A stretch of 64,000 nt of DNA. Source: Eledone cirrhosa. Taxonomy: Eukaryota. Positions 39,270 to 55,600 of this stretch are shown in pieces; positions within the stretch are counted from its first letter, which is position 1, and each line of letters opens with the position of its first letter. The position numbers were made by a program, and so were the translations under genes. The notes under the pieces are model-generated. The model did not search any database. It worked only from the letters and a program-made list of their open reading frames with translations, and was not told the DNA's origin. The stretch lies in the NCBI GenBank assembly GCA_964016885.1, contig OZ024741.1, forward strand, positions 312,170,001-312,234,000, read 5' to 3'.

Positions 39270-39749
39270 GTATGGTGTTAACCGACAATTATGGTCTGTC
39301 GTTTGTGAATCTGATAAAAAGAATCGTTCAACAATTTGTATAAATGGTGCAAGCCGGAGCATTATATATTAATAAAAGATAATCCTTGGCGAAATATGTA
39401 TAACAGTTAAATACATCTGAATCAACTGAATATGGCCACCGATATTTATTAATATATATACAATGGCTGCAACTTGATTTTGAGTAATGTCAGCGCTTTA
39501 TACTTAAGCATGAGCATCACGGACGTGGCTTTTTAGCCATGCTAGGTACTTGCCTATGACCAGCAATAACATGCATCGCAAAAAATATCACTTATGCTTA
39601 TTGAGCAATGTCTGTGCTTGCAGCTGTTTCATGTGAGGAAAGGCTTTGAACGCATCCAATCCCACTCCCTGAAACTCGAATGCAATTTCCCCAAAAGAAG
39701 TGGTCTTCTAGAAAAATGTCTTAATGAATACTGGAGTCTCTACCTTCAT

Positions 39750-39780
<31 letters not shown>

Positions 39781-39999
39781 GAGGTGAGTTTTATTGTAGT
39801 ACAGTAAAGCAATGCAAATATATGTGATATAATGCAGATATATGTTGATTTAAAACTGTACTATTCACAAGTGTGTTTTAATCTTCATATCATGTCTCCC
39901 TATTTTATCTGACGAAAACGCAAATGTTATTGCATGATGATATTTGTTTTTGAAATGCGCATAAGAAAATACATGGAACTCTTTTAACCATCTTTTGAT

Positions 40000-40158
<159 letters not shown>

Positions 40159-40159
40159 C

Positions 40160-40193
<34 letters not shown>

Positions 40194-40318
40194 ATATATA
40201 CATATATATATTTATATATAGTGGTAGAACACTGGGAGGTAATATCCGTAGTGGTAGAGTACTCATTCCATGGGACGAGTTAGGTAGAAGTGGTTAAACA
40301 ACAGTTAGTTCACCATAC

Positions 40319-40356
40319 CGAGAACAATTGTTTCACCTTAGCGGATCCTCAGCTCG
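40319..40356 (-). ncRNA. Intact minimal hammerhead ribozyme
   Basis: CGAG-CTGAGGA-tCC gctaa GGt-GAAA-CAATTG-TT-CTCG. Confidence 0.8.
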
Positions 40357-40517
40357 TAATGGACATGGTTATACAGAACAGGAAGGACAACTGTACGAAC
40401 GCGCCTGCGCAGAAACCGTCACTTCACACAGGCAATACTAAAAAGCGTGCGAGATGTATAAGGGAGATAACTGTGAAAGTCCGAAAAGTTTCTAGTTGAT
40501 AAAAAAAATTAGGATGT

Positions 40518-41086
<569 letters not shown>

Positions 41087-41335
41087 TATAAAACCAGTTT
41101 GAAACTAGTTTGACCACTACTATACAGAGTACTCGATATTTGGCACAGTAGAGTACGAGAATCCAACTAGATCTACCTATAAAATACATGATATGAAGAA
41201 TTCTTCGGGTGAATCGGTTAATCTCAAATTTGGTTTGCTAAAATCTATACCCAACTCATCATTTAGACTCAGTGCTCTACTGTTGCTGGATATAACCTCC
41301 CGTTTTTTACCACTACATATGCACATATATATAAG

Positions 41336-41402
<67 letters not shown>

Positions 41403-42085
41403 GAGAGTATTGTGTGCAGATAGATGACCAGTTAGGACACTGCATCAACAACACTCCAACAGTACTCGAACTGCTAGATCTCGAATTATATTGAAATAAC
41501 CACTCATCCGAAGCATTTCAGATTTCATCTGGTGGAAGACAGCCTATATATATTCAAGAATAAGTAAGCATAAATGGTTTTTACATCAATTTCTCCGGAA
41601 TGTTTCCATTGTCTGTTTCAAGGGGTTTGGTGACTATGGATAGTGTTGTTTCCTTAGCATACATCTGGTCTCTTCAGATTAGTTTATCCACAACTGGTTC
41701 TATGGAGGACCAGGCGTGCACAGATAGTGGAGCTGATAATATTATTTTTTTCCTCCCGAATGTCAGCCACCCTCTAAACTGGTGTCCACATCAATACCTA
41801 TTTATAGTATCATAGGGACGTTACACCAGTACCACCAACACGCTAATAGTCATCAACACGCTACTCGTCATCGGTAGCATTCCATAAAACCGGTGGTGGA
41901 TAGATTAATGTTGGGCAGACCACCTGAACAGACCCGATTGATACTAGAGTGAAAACTCTGCATAGTGGTCAAATCAGTCAAAATATTTGTAATGCAATAT
42001 TTCCGAATAAATTTATGTAAAAGCCTATTGTCGTTCAATATACATACATATATGTGGATATATATATATATATATATACGGGGTA

Positions 42086-42238
42086 ACGAATTGACTGGTT
42101 ATAACTTTGTATTGGTGATCGAATAACGTGAAAACAAGCGGGTAGCGATCTCTAGACCTACCAGTTCAGAGAAACAATTGTCAGCAATGAGATTAAAAAT
42201 CTTTTTTGTATAGCAAACCGTGTCACTCTTGTTTCCTG

Positions 42239-42240
<2 letters not shown>
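42086..42240 (+). repeat. 5'-truncated copy of the 38870-39020 HHR element between (TA)n
   Basis: actggttataa..tctagaccta..gaaacaattgtcagca shared. Confidence 0.8.
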
Positions 42241-42286
<46 letters not shown>

Positions 42287-42311
42287 AATAAGTAGCATGT
42301 TTATGATATAC

Positions 42312-43174
<863 letters not shown>

Positions 43175-43194
43175 CTGAAATTATCAGTAGAGGT

Positions 43195-43383
43195 AATAAT
43201 TGTTTCTACTATTGGCACAAGACCAGCAAATACCCAGTACATTACTGGTACTTTATTTTATTGACCTCGTAAGGATGAAAGGCAAAGTTAACCTCGGCGG
43301 GATTTGAACTCAGATCATAAAGGGCCCTAACTCTTTGCTGCAAAGCATGGTGTCCGACCATCTACTGATACTGCCAATCCACT
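43195..43383 (-). mobile_element. tRNA-derived SINE
   Basis: Same family core. Confidence 0.9.
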
Positions 43384-43688
43384 AATCTTGCAGATATCCA
43401 TATGTACATACAGGTATAAATGAGATGACAATTATACAATTTTATACCATATCAATAATTTTGAGATTATGACAAACGAAGTTAACTGAATACGACTATT
43501 GAATCACTATCGATACACTACATGACACAGGGAGATTATATTTGAATATTATGTTCCGAAAACATATGGAAGTAACAATCAATATAAGTAGCAAAATTAC
43601 ATTTACAAATAGTAACACTTTTACACTACTTATCAGTTTCTGCGTTATTTATCACTGATATTCTTACATTTAACGACAATAAATAAAT

Positions 43689-43801
<113 letters not shown>

Positions 43802-44689
43802 TGTGTGTTTCAGAGGGTTTCGGCTGACTGCACTTTCTGACATGTAAAGCAAGGTTTCCCACCGGTGGGCGATTCCAACTGTTATAACCAAAAAGAAAAT
43901 GGTAGGTAATTGGAATGTTATGTGGACGATATGGGATTTTGAGTATGATGGTGTTATAACATATGTTACCCGAGAAAGTTATTCAAAGGCGATATGCAAA
44001 GAACCCGATTAAAAAACCGTACGCTATGTGAGAAACAAATTCCTAGATCATATGTGAACAATCCCGGAAACAAGGGACATTTTGGCCTTTTCTATAGTTT
44101 TAAGAATGTTTAGTAACATTCATATAGTTCTTTGGATGAAATCTGTAACTTTTCGCATATAAATAAGGTAAGGGAAGACCAAGAATAATTTTTCCATTAA
44201 CGTTATCAAATGACTTCAGAAGAGAATTGCCAACGCCAGCACAGGGATCGCACATAAAATTGACACACGCGATGACCAGTGAGAACTATGACGACAGGCT
44301 GTAGACAAGGAAATGCTGACGACAATACCAGGCAAAATAAGAGAATCCCAAGATGGTAACTATCCATAACTCAATCCGCATGATCATATAAACAGACAGC
44401 CATTTAATGTTGTTGGATTGTATTGATCAGTAAATGATTAACACGCTCTTGTCTTCTTGTATTTGTGGATTAGTGACAACGGACATCCAGTAACAATATA
44501 ACATATTGAACGAACATTTCCTTATCTATTATTTCTCCAATTGTTTCAGTGTATTGTACGATTTTTAAACACCTCTATGTCGCCATTTAACAACATTTGT
44601 CGCCAATACAACATTATTATTTTATGGGGTTATGACTTCACCACAGAGCAGTCAACCAAACTTTAAGCAATGAAACCCTCAATATAAAG

Positions 44690-46140
44690 TATCATATATC
44701 TTCTAATAATGCCAACCAGATACAACAACCTTTGTCATATTTCTGCCAACTTAAGGCCTCCTTCGAAAAGCGTAAAATATCGGAATTTCAGAAATTGACT
44801 ACGCAGCATCTAAAGTGACGATTGCGCAATGATCGGTACGTCCCACACATTATGTAAAACATTACAACTACCTATTTTTGAAGAATTTCTCTCGACACTA
44901 ATGCATGAAAATTCACAGGCATAATAATTAAGATATTTCCATTTAGTGATAACAATTTCTCGCCGTATAGGTGAATAACTACCAACGTCCAAAATACTCT
45001 AATCCATTATCTCCGGAGTTCTGAATGTTTCATACAATTTATCGAACCAACACTTGTAAGAAATGAAAGCTTGATTATAATGTATCTTCGTATTTTTAAA
45101 TGAACATATCCAAACATTTGGGTAGATGCTGTTTAGTGATCAATTGTTGATTGGCCCAAAGGCACGTCTATTTTAGATTTATTAAAGCTATTTTCCAATG
45201 AGCATAACATTCATTGAACAATATTGCTGACTGTGCAATTGAAGGAGGGGAGCGCATGTTTCAGTAGGTAAATATAGAAGTTTCTCTTCTCTCTTAAATC
45301 GTGGATAATGTCATCCTGTTTCAATATTCAATGGTATGGTTCACAGGCAGCAAATAGAGGCAAGAATAACGACGGTATGCTTTGCTGAAGTCCTGCAGTT
45401 AGTTGTCAAAACTGTGAACAAGCTAAAATCGAATTCTTTGTCTGAACGAAATTTCCGTCCACTCAGCCTTGATAATGATGATGACTATGTGAGGCTTTTG
45501 TACCATACTGAAGTATGATGGTTGTCAAAAGGCAACTGTGTTGTCAATTTTGTCGATCTTTTTGACATAATATTTTTTAATACACTCCACTATACAGTCC
45601 TCTGATTATTTCAAAATGTGATATTTCTCGTTAGTGATTTATTCGCAAAAGTAAATGATCTCAAGACGTTATTGCATGCAAAGTAAAATACGCTTTTCAA
45701 CTGTAAATCGCCTCAATGCTTTCATTTCTAAAATAACACTATATAAGATAAATGTTTCGGGGGGCATCAAGTCCATCAATTTCAACGATTGAACGGCTTG
45801 GAAGATGAATTAGTTTATGAGGATGTCATTACATATCACAATTACTTGCTACCATTGCATGATGACATGGTACACCCATTTCAGGATATTATCGCATTGT
45901 CGGGTCCAGTTTTGGTTAACAACCCGATTGAAGTTAGAGTAATCGATTGCAAAGACTATGTGCATGACGAATAGATTTACAAAATGACAATGATGCCACA
46001 ATGCGGTATCGGTTTTAAGTTAAACATGGCTTGTGGTATTATCAAAATATAGTGACATATTTTCAAAACCCAATAAAAGTGAATAAAATATAGTTTTAAA
46101 AGATGAAGTTTGCTTTCATTTGCTGTTGCCGAGACTAAGT
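44690..46140 (+). mobile_element. Old hAT (Buster/Charlie-type) transposase relic
   Basis: MVHRQ..VVKTVNKLKSNSLSERNF..DDYVRLLYHTEV*WLSKGN matches the HC..HR..HTEVRWLSKG motif. Confidence 0.75.
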
Positions 46141-46921
46141 AATTGACATAGCCATTACTTTAAAACTCATAGCGAATGGCATTCAAAATGTTTTTAATTA
46201 AAGTTTCAGAGCACTGATACTAATTACCAATATATATACACACATATGAGGGTGTCATTACATATCACAATTATTTGCTACCATTGCATGATGACATGGT
46301 ACACCGATTTCAGGATATTATCGCATTGTCAGTTCCAGTTTTGGATGTATATATATACTTCTGTCAAAGTAATGGAGAAATTATCCAAATAAACTGAATG
46401 TGGATGACGTAAGTAGAAAGAATCCCTTCAATAAATAATCTGGGAATAAACTACTCATAGACCGAAACAACCAACAACAAATTACTGGGATAGCCTTGGT
46501 AAATTGAATGTGCCCGAAATACGCCGACTTGTTCTTCAGCTACATCGAAGCTCAAATTTGCTAGAGAAAATCGTGGAATGGTCTAAATGCTAGTGGAACA
46601 CTTACCCTGTCTTATGCCGAAAAGAAGGAGACATAGAGTGCTTATGAGAGACTACTGAACGAAGAGAATAAATGGGACAGTAAGGGCTTACCACATGTAG
46701 ATCTGACTAAGGGATCAGCTAAGAAGTTGACAGCAGTGAGATAGATAAAGCAATTAAGTACATGAAGGTGGGGAAGGCCACTGTACCATCTGGTATATTT
46801 GTTGAGAGGCTAAACGCATCCGGCATTGTAGGATATGTGCTAGTCGGACATATAGTTAATAAGTAGTACAAGAAAGTTGTCATACCCAATGACTGCAGCA
46901 GCAAATGTATTGTCATCTTCT

Positions 46922-47540
46922 ATTCAATTTAATTCCATATATTTGGCAGAAAACAAAACATAGATGCTTCAGATGCCATGTAAGGAGAGGAGAGGGGCAA
47001 TATTTACACCGTCTGAAACACAGTTGACCAACTCCGCTCCAATTTCGCCTTGAATTGTTGCGTGGTTGGCGCGTTGACTACTTCTTCTGGAAGCCGATTC
47101 CAGGGTCCAGAGATGCGGATCGATAAAGCAGCTCTCCGTCTATTTAGGCGAAAGCGGCGGTAAAACAGCTTTATGTCATGTCCACGTAGACCGCTTTCAA
47201 GCGCCGGAGTGAATAGGACATCTTGAGGGAGATGGTAATGGCCATTGAAAAGATTGTAAGTCAAATGAGATCGCCTCGTAGCCGTCGACGATCCAAGGAG
47301 AAGAGGTTCAGCTTCTGCAGCCGGCTTTCGTAGGGCAGCTCATGAATACCCTGTACCATTCGAGCAGCTTGTCGTTGAACTCTCTCCAAGTGATGGATAT
47401 CCCGCATGAGATATGGGTTTGATGCTTGGATGCCATATTCTAGGTGCGGTCTCACGAGGGCGACATAGAGAGGTCTGAAAATTTCTTGAGTGAGTTTGGC
47501 AAAAGAGCGTCGAATAAGAAAAAGAGAGCTCCTTGCCTTC
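46922..47540 (-). mobile_element. CR1-clade LINE 3' fragment
   Basis: IRRSF..LYVALVRPHLEYG..LERVQRQAARMV..RRRLRGDLI..LRGH..WNRLPEEVVNA. Confidence 0.85.
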
Positions 47541-47699
47541 TACAAGGACTATTAAGATGCATTAGAGAAAAAAGTACAAAAGTTTCAACTTGATTGACCA
47601 TGTCATGAAATTCATTGAAAGTGTTATAGCATGATAAATTCGGGACATAATCAAAGTAGATGTGATGCAGTTTGGATTTATGCTAGGCAGGACTACCAC

Positions 47700-48702
47700 T
47701 GGATAAATGGTGCTAAATGGAAACGATTTAATGTGGGTGTCGGATTCTGCCAAGAATGCGTCTTTCAGGTATTCTGTTCATTATTTACATGAACATGTTT
47801 GACATCCGCACTCCACATCAAACATCCACACTCCACATCTAACCTACTCTGTAGGTTTGATGTGGAGTGCTGCATGGCTGGAGGGAAAATCAATGCTGCG
47901 AAAACTGAGACACTCGTCGTCTCAAGGAATCTTGCGTCGTGCAATCTATATATGAATGGAGTTCCACTGAAACAAGTGGAGAAATTCAAGTATCTCGGAA
48001 CGATGTTCACAAGTGATGGAACGCATAAGGCTGAATTAAGTGCAAGATTTTCAGGAGCTGGTACTGTAATGCGCCAGCTTCAGCCGTCGGTAATCAGAAG
48101 AATGGATGTAGGTGAAAAATACAAACTAGTTATCTTCAATAGAGTATTCGTGTCAACACTCATGATGGTCATGAATCTTGTGTAATGACCAAACAAATAT
48201 GATCTTAAATACAAGCGCTAGAAATGGGGTTCCTCCAAAAATTATTTCGAATTCAGTAGAGTGCGTAGCTTGGAGACCAGGTGTCCTTCCATGAAGTATA
48301 GTTACTTCTCCGAATTGAGAGATTACAGATACGATATTATATGCATGTGTTTAGAATGTCTCGGGGAAAATTGCTAGATAGATTTTACGGGCAAACGCAA
48401 CCGGTAGGAAGCCCAGATACAGACACCGAGCAAGATGGTTGGTTAACATCCATGAGCTCGTCTCATCTAGATTGGGGATCCAGCTGGATCATTTGGAGTC
48501 GGTTGCTTCTTCTGACAAACCCACCGGAAGGAATGGTTGAAGACTCTTCTCCCACCCACTACCATCTTAGGAATATGAGGGCGAAGAAGAAGAAGAAGAA
48601 GAAGAAGAAGAAGAAGAAGAAGAAGAAGAAGAAGAAGAAGAAGAAGAAGAAGAAGAAGAAGAAGAAGAAGAAGAAGAAGAAGAAGAAGAAGAAGAAGAAG
48701 AA
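47700..48702 (+). mobile_element. RTE-clade LINE 3' part with long (GAA)n tail (48583-48702)
   Basis: KINAAKTETLV..LKQVEKFKYLGTMFTSDG; GAA tail. Confidence 0.8.
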
Positions 48703-50399
48703 GAGTGGCACTGCTTCCCCCTTTATAATGCGACAACTGCTTGAGAGGTATTTAGCAAAGTGTAAGCCATTGTAACTAGATTTTGTAGATAGGGAGAATG
48801 CCTTTGTCAGGGTCCCATCCTCTGTAGTATGGTGGACACTTAGGAAGCTAGATGTAGATGAATGTCTTGTGAGAGCAGTGTGAGCCATGTATAAAAATGT
48901 TAGAAGCCAGTTGAGTGATGAAGTGCTTTTCGAATCCACCAAGGCTCAGTCCTTAGTCCACTCCTATTTGTCACTGCTCTTCACTGTTCTTCCCTGAGTA
49001 TTTCAAAACTGGTACTCCGTGGGCGTTACTATATGCTGATGACCTAGTACTGAAACTGAATCCGTAGGAGTATAAGGGACAAAACTTGAAACATGCAAGA
49101 TCCTAGAGTTGAAATGTCTAAAACTAATCGCATCAAAGGCAAAAGGGCTAAGTACGAAAGAAGACAAGAAGGTGATACAACCAGGGAGATGACTGTGTTC
49201 GATATGCCAGAAAAGGCTGGGCAGGAGTTCTATAAGGTGCACAGAGTGTAATCGATGAACTCACAAGAGATGTGGCTGATGCACAGAAGAAGGGACTCCT
49301 AAGAACTTACGTGAAGGAGATTCCTTTAGATTGCAGGGAAGCTCCTAAGAAATTATCAACAGCTTTTGTTACTTAGGCGATCAAAATCACAAGTGTGGAG
49401 CATACACTGAAAGTGTGACAACCAGGATCAGAACATGCTGGAAGAAGTTTAGAGAGCTGATACGTCTGGGAACAACAAACATTTTCTCACTCGGAGTGAA
49501 GAGTAGACAGTAGGATGCCTGTGGGCAGAGGGTAATGCTAAATGGCCGGGAAACGTGTGCCTTAACTACGGAAGACTTACAAAGGCTGGAGAGAAATGAC
49601 GACAGTATGCTCCGATTAATGTGTAACGCTAATGTGCATGGACGGCGTAGTAGAAATGAACTGAGAAGAAAACATTATATAAGTGGATTGGGATGTAATG
49701 TGAAAAGGAGAGAAGATTACTCTGGTATGGATATGTGATGCGTATGGAAGACAGCAGCTGAACAAAGAAATTCAGAGCGATCGCTGTGCCTGGAACACAA
49801 GCAAAAAGCAGACCAAAAAAACTTGTGATGACAAAGGATCGAATGGGCTGGCGCTATGCTGTGTTAATGAAGACCCGACCAGAATCATAAGATATGACCT
49901 GACCCATCCATGAACTACCAACTCCCTCCTATTATTACTCCCCCATCTGTCCTCCCCAATGCGGCATCCACTACACATACACCCTCGAGAACCATTTACG
50001 CACTAGACACCTTAGATAACCTCACCATTGGCAATAGTAGCTGCTTTCTCTCCCCATTGTTCACTCCACCTCTACTAGCAAACCTTATCCCTAACTATCC
50101 CTTACCTATCTCTCTAAACGACTCCAATCTCTATCGACCACATCCTTCACTACACCCCCCCTAGCCGTACGCTAATCAGCTATCCCTAACTCTTAGTCAT
50201 CCCTAACTACGCTTCCTATCTCTCCATCACGCCCCATATCACCACCATGTTGACCACATCCCTCACACCACTACATCCCATACACTAATCAGCAACACCT
50301 ACCCCTTACTCATTGGTCTGCCAAACAAATCCCAACACATACCTATAACTTCATACTTATCTCCCTCCCTTATTGTCCCTTCTCCAGACTTGATTTATG

Positions 50400-50740
50400 T
50401 TCAACCTGTCCTGAGTGGTTGGCGAGTGGAAGTTCTCATACATAAAAGAATTGAGATAAACCTTTAATTGGTTTAAAAACACAACTTAGTTCTGGTGATC
50501 TACACAATAAAAGCAATCAGTACACGCTGCAAAGCAGTTGGTGGTAGGAAAGGGATACGACCATAGAAAGCTTACTAAACAAAGGGTGAATAGGACCCTT
50601 CAGTTTGTGTCGAAAAACAACTTCTCGATATGACCGTGGCCTGTCTGATAGGTCAGTAGCCACGCTTCAATACTAATTTGTTCTCCCACGCAACACTTGC
50701 TTGCAGATGTAAGCGGACGTGAAATGATGATGATGACGAC
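50400..50740 (+). mobile_element. Possible second SINE family with (GAT)n tail
   Basis: Ends gcggacgtgaaatgatgatgatgacgac; weak recognition. Confidence 0.3.
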
Positions 50741-50752
50741 GTATACACATGT

Positions 50753-51903
<1,151 letters not shown>

Positions 51904-52646
51904 TCTACTTATATATATATAACCAGCAATTTCTCTGTCTGTCTGTCCGACAGTCGAAACACGTGCGTAGAGAGAGTGTGAGAGTGAAAGAAAGAGACAT
52001 ACTACGAGAGGGGGATATCGGGAGGGAGAGAGGGAGAGAGAGAGAGTGAATAGACACTAAAACACGTGTTACAGAAATATTACCTTCCCCTCTCTACTAA
52101 CTTTCGTCACTGAGGCCGAGGGAATCGCTGGTTGCTATAGAGACACCTTGCACAAGCCAGAAATAACCAGTTCGAGGCGGTTCTGACTTGACACCATGCG
52201 AAGAAGGTTGCCATTGAATTTGTGGTTGTTGCTGCTGATAATAAGGACCATTTGATGAAGGTTGCTGCTGATGAGGTAATTTATTAATCAGATTGCGCAG
52301 TTCCATAATCTACGTCTGATTTGTTCCATTTTTTCCTTTAATTTTTTTTTGTTGTTTTTTTTTATTTCTTATTGAAAAAATATAAATAATAAAATAAGGT
52401 TAGAAATTTAAATACAATTAAATACGATTTAATTTCCATTTCCAGCAGACAATGTCCAGTGTTCAACTTCATGAAAAAATTGGAAATAATTAAAAAAATT
52501 GAAGTTTAACTTTTGAACATTTGTTTTGACAATAAAACAATATTTCCTTATTCACACCTAATGGTATGATTAAAATTTCATAGGAATATTTTTTTCTAAC
52601 CGCCAGTTATTTAAATATTATTAAAAATAATTTAAAAAAAAAAAGA

Positions 52647-55600
52647 ATGGAAGATTTTTTGGATTTTTTTACCACCTTCCAAGCCTTAAACACTAATTCT
52701 CGCCAATTTGTGTTTTGTAATGACGCTCAGGACGCTGCTATTGTTGATTCCAATAGTGCCTGGTATTCGAATATGTTAGTATAGAATTATTTGAATAAAA
52801 TTAAGGCGCAATTAGAGCTGCCAAACAAAATTTTGTTCTGCTTCAGCCCATATTATTTTTGGGAAAATTCTATTGGCTCTAATGAGTCTGCCTCTGTTGG
52901 CGTTATTTGCGACAGTCACCATTTCTTGACTTTCAAGTTTGGTTATGCAGACTCATTCCCTGTGCTTGAGCTGGCAGATTCGGGTCTTCACTTCAAAAAT
53001 TTTGACATTTTTGATCGGATTAAATATTACCTTGATGATGGTCACAGGGCTACAGTGAAAAATATTGGAATTCTGAATGGATTCAAAACTTTTTCCTTGA
53101 TCCAAAATTTCGTTTTTAGGTTCAGGGTTCTAAATGTGCAGCAGCAGACTAATGGAACTGATTGTGGTGTTTTTGCAATTTTATATTCTTTGATATGGGT
53201 TCTAAATTCTAATCCCACAAATTTTGAGTTTTCCCACTCAGAATCAAATTAATCTGCTCAGAAAATTTTTCAGGGATTGCTATAATATCAATAAAATTTT
53301 GAAGTGTAATTTTTTAAATCGCAGGGAAGTTGTGAATCCCATTTTATATGAGAATGTTTTTGTTTTCGACCCTATTAGAAAAACTCTTTCTAATTTAAAT
53401 CAACTAGGTCTGGCTGCACACCTATCTGACCCCTTGATGATAAATTTCCAAGAAAATCATTATGGAAAAACCTCAACCTTTCTGTCCAACCCGGTTTTAG
53501 CCCAACTCCCAACTATAAAAGGCAATAAAAAGCCAATTATAATTGAGGAAGATCAAAAAAGTCCCAAAATAACCCAAACTGGAAACGAATTGCCTGGAAT
53601 CACTGCAGACGTATTGCCAGCTGCGGTAGTTTCGCCTCCAGCTGATAAAACTTTGCCGCCTGCAAAACCGACAGAAGATTCCAAACGCAAGCCCAAATAT
53701 TTTTTGGATCCAGTTTTGGTTGCTGAGTATATGGCTCAGCATAAGTGCACCGAAGCCTCTGCGAAAACAGCTTTACGCAGAAAAGCTCAAAAGGCCTCTG
53801 AAACCGAGTCGCAAAGAAATAAGCGACTTGAAAAGCAACGAAAATATAGGCAGCGTTCTAGGGGTCAGGAGTCTAAGGACTCAAAAGGCATAAGGAAGGA
53901 AAAAGACCGTGAGCATAAAGATGCTACTCGGCAATCTGAGACTACCGAAGAACGGGAAATCAGATTGAACAAGGACAAAGTTGGGCACTCTGAGGCTTAT
54001 TACAATAGGACCTTCAAAAAGGATCCAAAATACTTCCGTATTGCTTTTAAGCCCATAGATGAGGTGGATTTCGACTCGGAGATAATCCACCTCAAATATA
54101 AAGACAATCCGTGTGAGCATTGCGGGGCGTACAAATTGCCCTTAGAGCCTCCTGGATTGTGTTGCATGAATGGCAAGGTTAAGCTCCCTGAATTTGAACG
54201 CCCAGGGTAGGAAATCGCCAGTTTATATGAGGGTAATGACGAATATGCAAAAATGTTCGCTAAATTCTCAAGGTGTCTTAACACAGGATTTGCCTTCAGT
54301 AATATGCACTGTACTGAGCTTCCAATCGGTGAAGTGAAGCCGAGTATGAAAATTCATGGGTTTTCGTATCAAACGATGGTCCCACTTGAGCCGCAAGCAG
54401 GCCAAAGACCTAGATATGCGCAGGTGCACATCTTTGTTAAGGAGACCCACAAACTCGAGAGGGAAAAATTTGAGTTCGAGCCTCGATACCGTACAATTCT
54501 GAACTATATCCAGGCTAAGTTCAATGATTTCATCCCGGATGAGAATATTCTATCAAGAACTTTCAAAACGGGAGACGAAATGCTCGAACAGATGCCCGAA
54601 TATAGGCTGGTGTTAGGGGATTGTCTGCCTGCCAATAAAACTCATCTCCTCCCTACGGTGTCTGAAATAGCGGGGCTCTACCAAGAGAAGGATATTAAGG
54701 AACTTAGGAAGGTCATTTTAGTGAGAAAACGGGCAGGCAAAGAAGGATACGTCCGTGTTGACTTCCAAAGCCCGTTTTAGGAACTTCTGGGCTATCCCCT
54801 TATTTTCAATTATGGCCAGAATGGGTGGAGCCGTTGGAACCCGAAAAGAGAAACTGGCCATAAAGAAACTTTGTTGCAGTATATCAAGTACTAGTTAATG
54901 GTCCGGGACAATTTTTTCAACCCTCTTATATTGAGCGGTAATCTGTTGCACCAGTATGCGATAGACATGAAAATGCGTCTGGATTACATTAATTTCCAGT
55001 TTCAGGTTAAGCATCAGCAAAGGATTAAGGGGTCATATAGGTTTGAATCGGTCGACACTCTAAAGGATTGTGAAAATCCTGCAGAGGTTGGAGTCAGCGT
55101 CGTCCTGTCCGAATCGACTCCTGGGACTCCAAAGTGGTACAAAAAATTGTACCGAGATTCAGTGGCACTGGTCAGAGAATTTGGATGTCCAGACCTTTTT
55201 GTGACCATGACCTCCAATCCTAAACTGCCTGAAATAGAAGAATTATCTCGCAATAATAAAGATGAAACTGCAAAATTTAGGCCTGATTTAATTTGCAGGA
55301 GTTTCATGGAACGTGTGAGGCTTCTTTTTGACGTGAAAATCAAAAAGAGAGGTATTTTTGGAAAATGTGTTGCATACACTTACAAAATAGAATCTCAGAA
55401 AAGAGGCCTCCCACATGTCCACGCTTTAATTTGGTTGGCCGAGGCCGATAAGATTTCATCCACGGAGGATGTTGATAGTCTCATTAGCGCTGAAATCCCG
55501 ACAGGGGATACCAAAAAACCAGAAGCTGGGCTATAATTTTTTGATTACAAAAATGATCCACGGTCCTTGCGGTGTTTTTAATCCCCGGTGTCCTTGTATG

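Larger units (their letters stand above)
46360..49900 (+). mobile_element. Decayed RTE-clade LINE interrupted by two other LINEs
   Basis: DKAIKYMKVGKA..VIPND | LIDHVMK..MQFGFMLGRTT | FIMRQLLERYLAK, HQGSVLSPLLF, LLYADDLVL, FCYLGD, RETCALT. Confidence 0.8.

Noticed and set aside
48341-48942. Poly-K/poly-L/poly-F ORFs
   Set aside because: (GAA)n tail of an RTE LINE
52782-54894. All four in-frame stops in the Helitron ORF are TAG (recoding or A-to-I read-through?)
   Set aside because: About four frameshifts also disrupt the ORF; point decay such as CAG->TAG suffices
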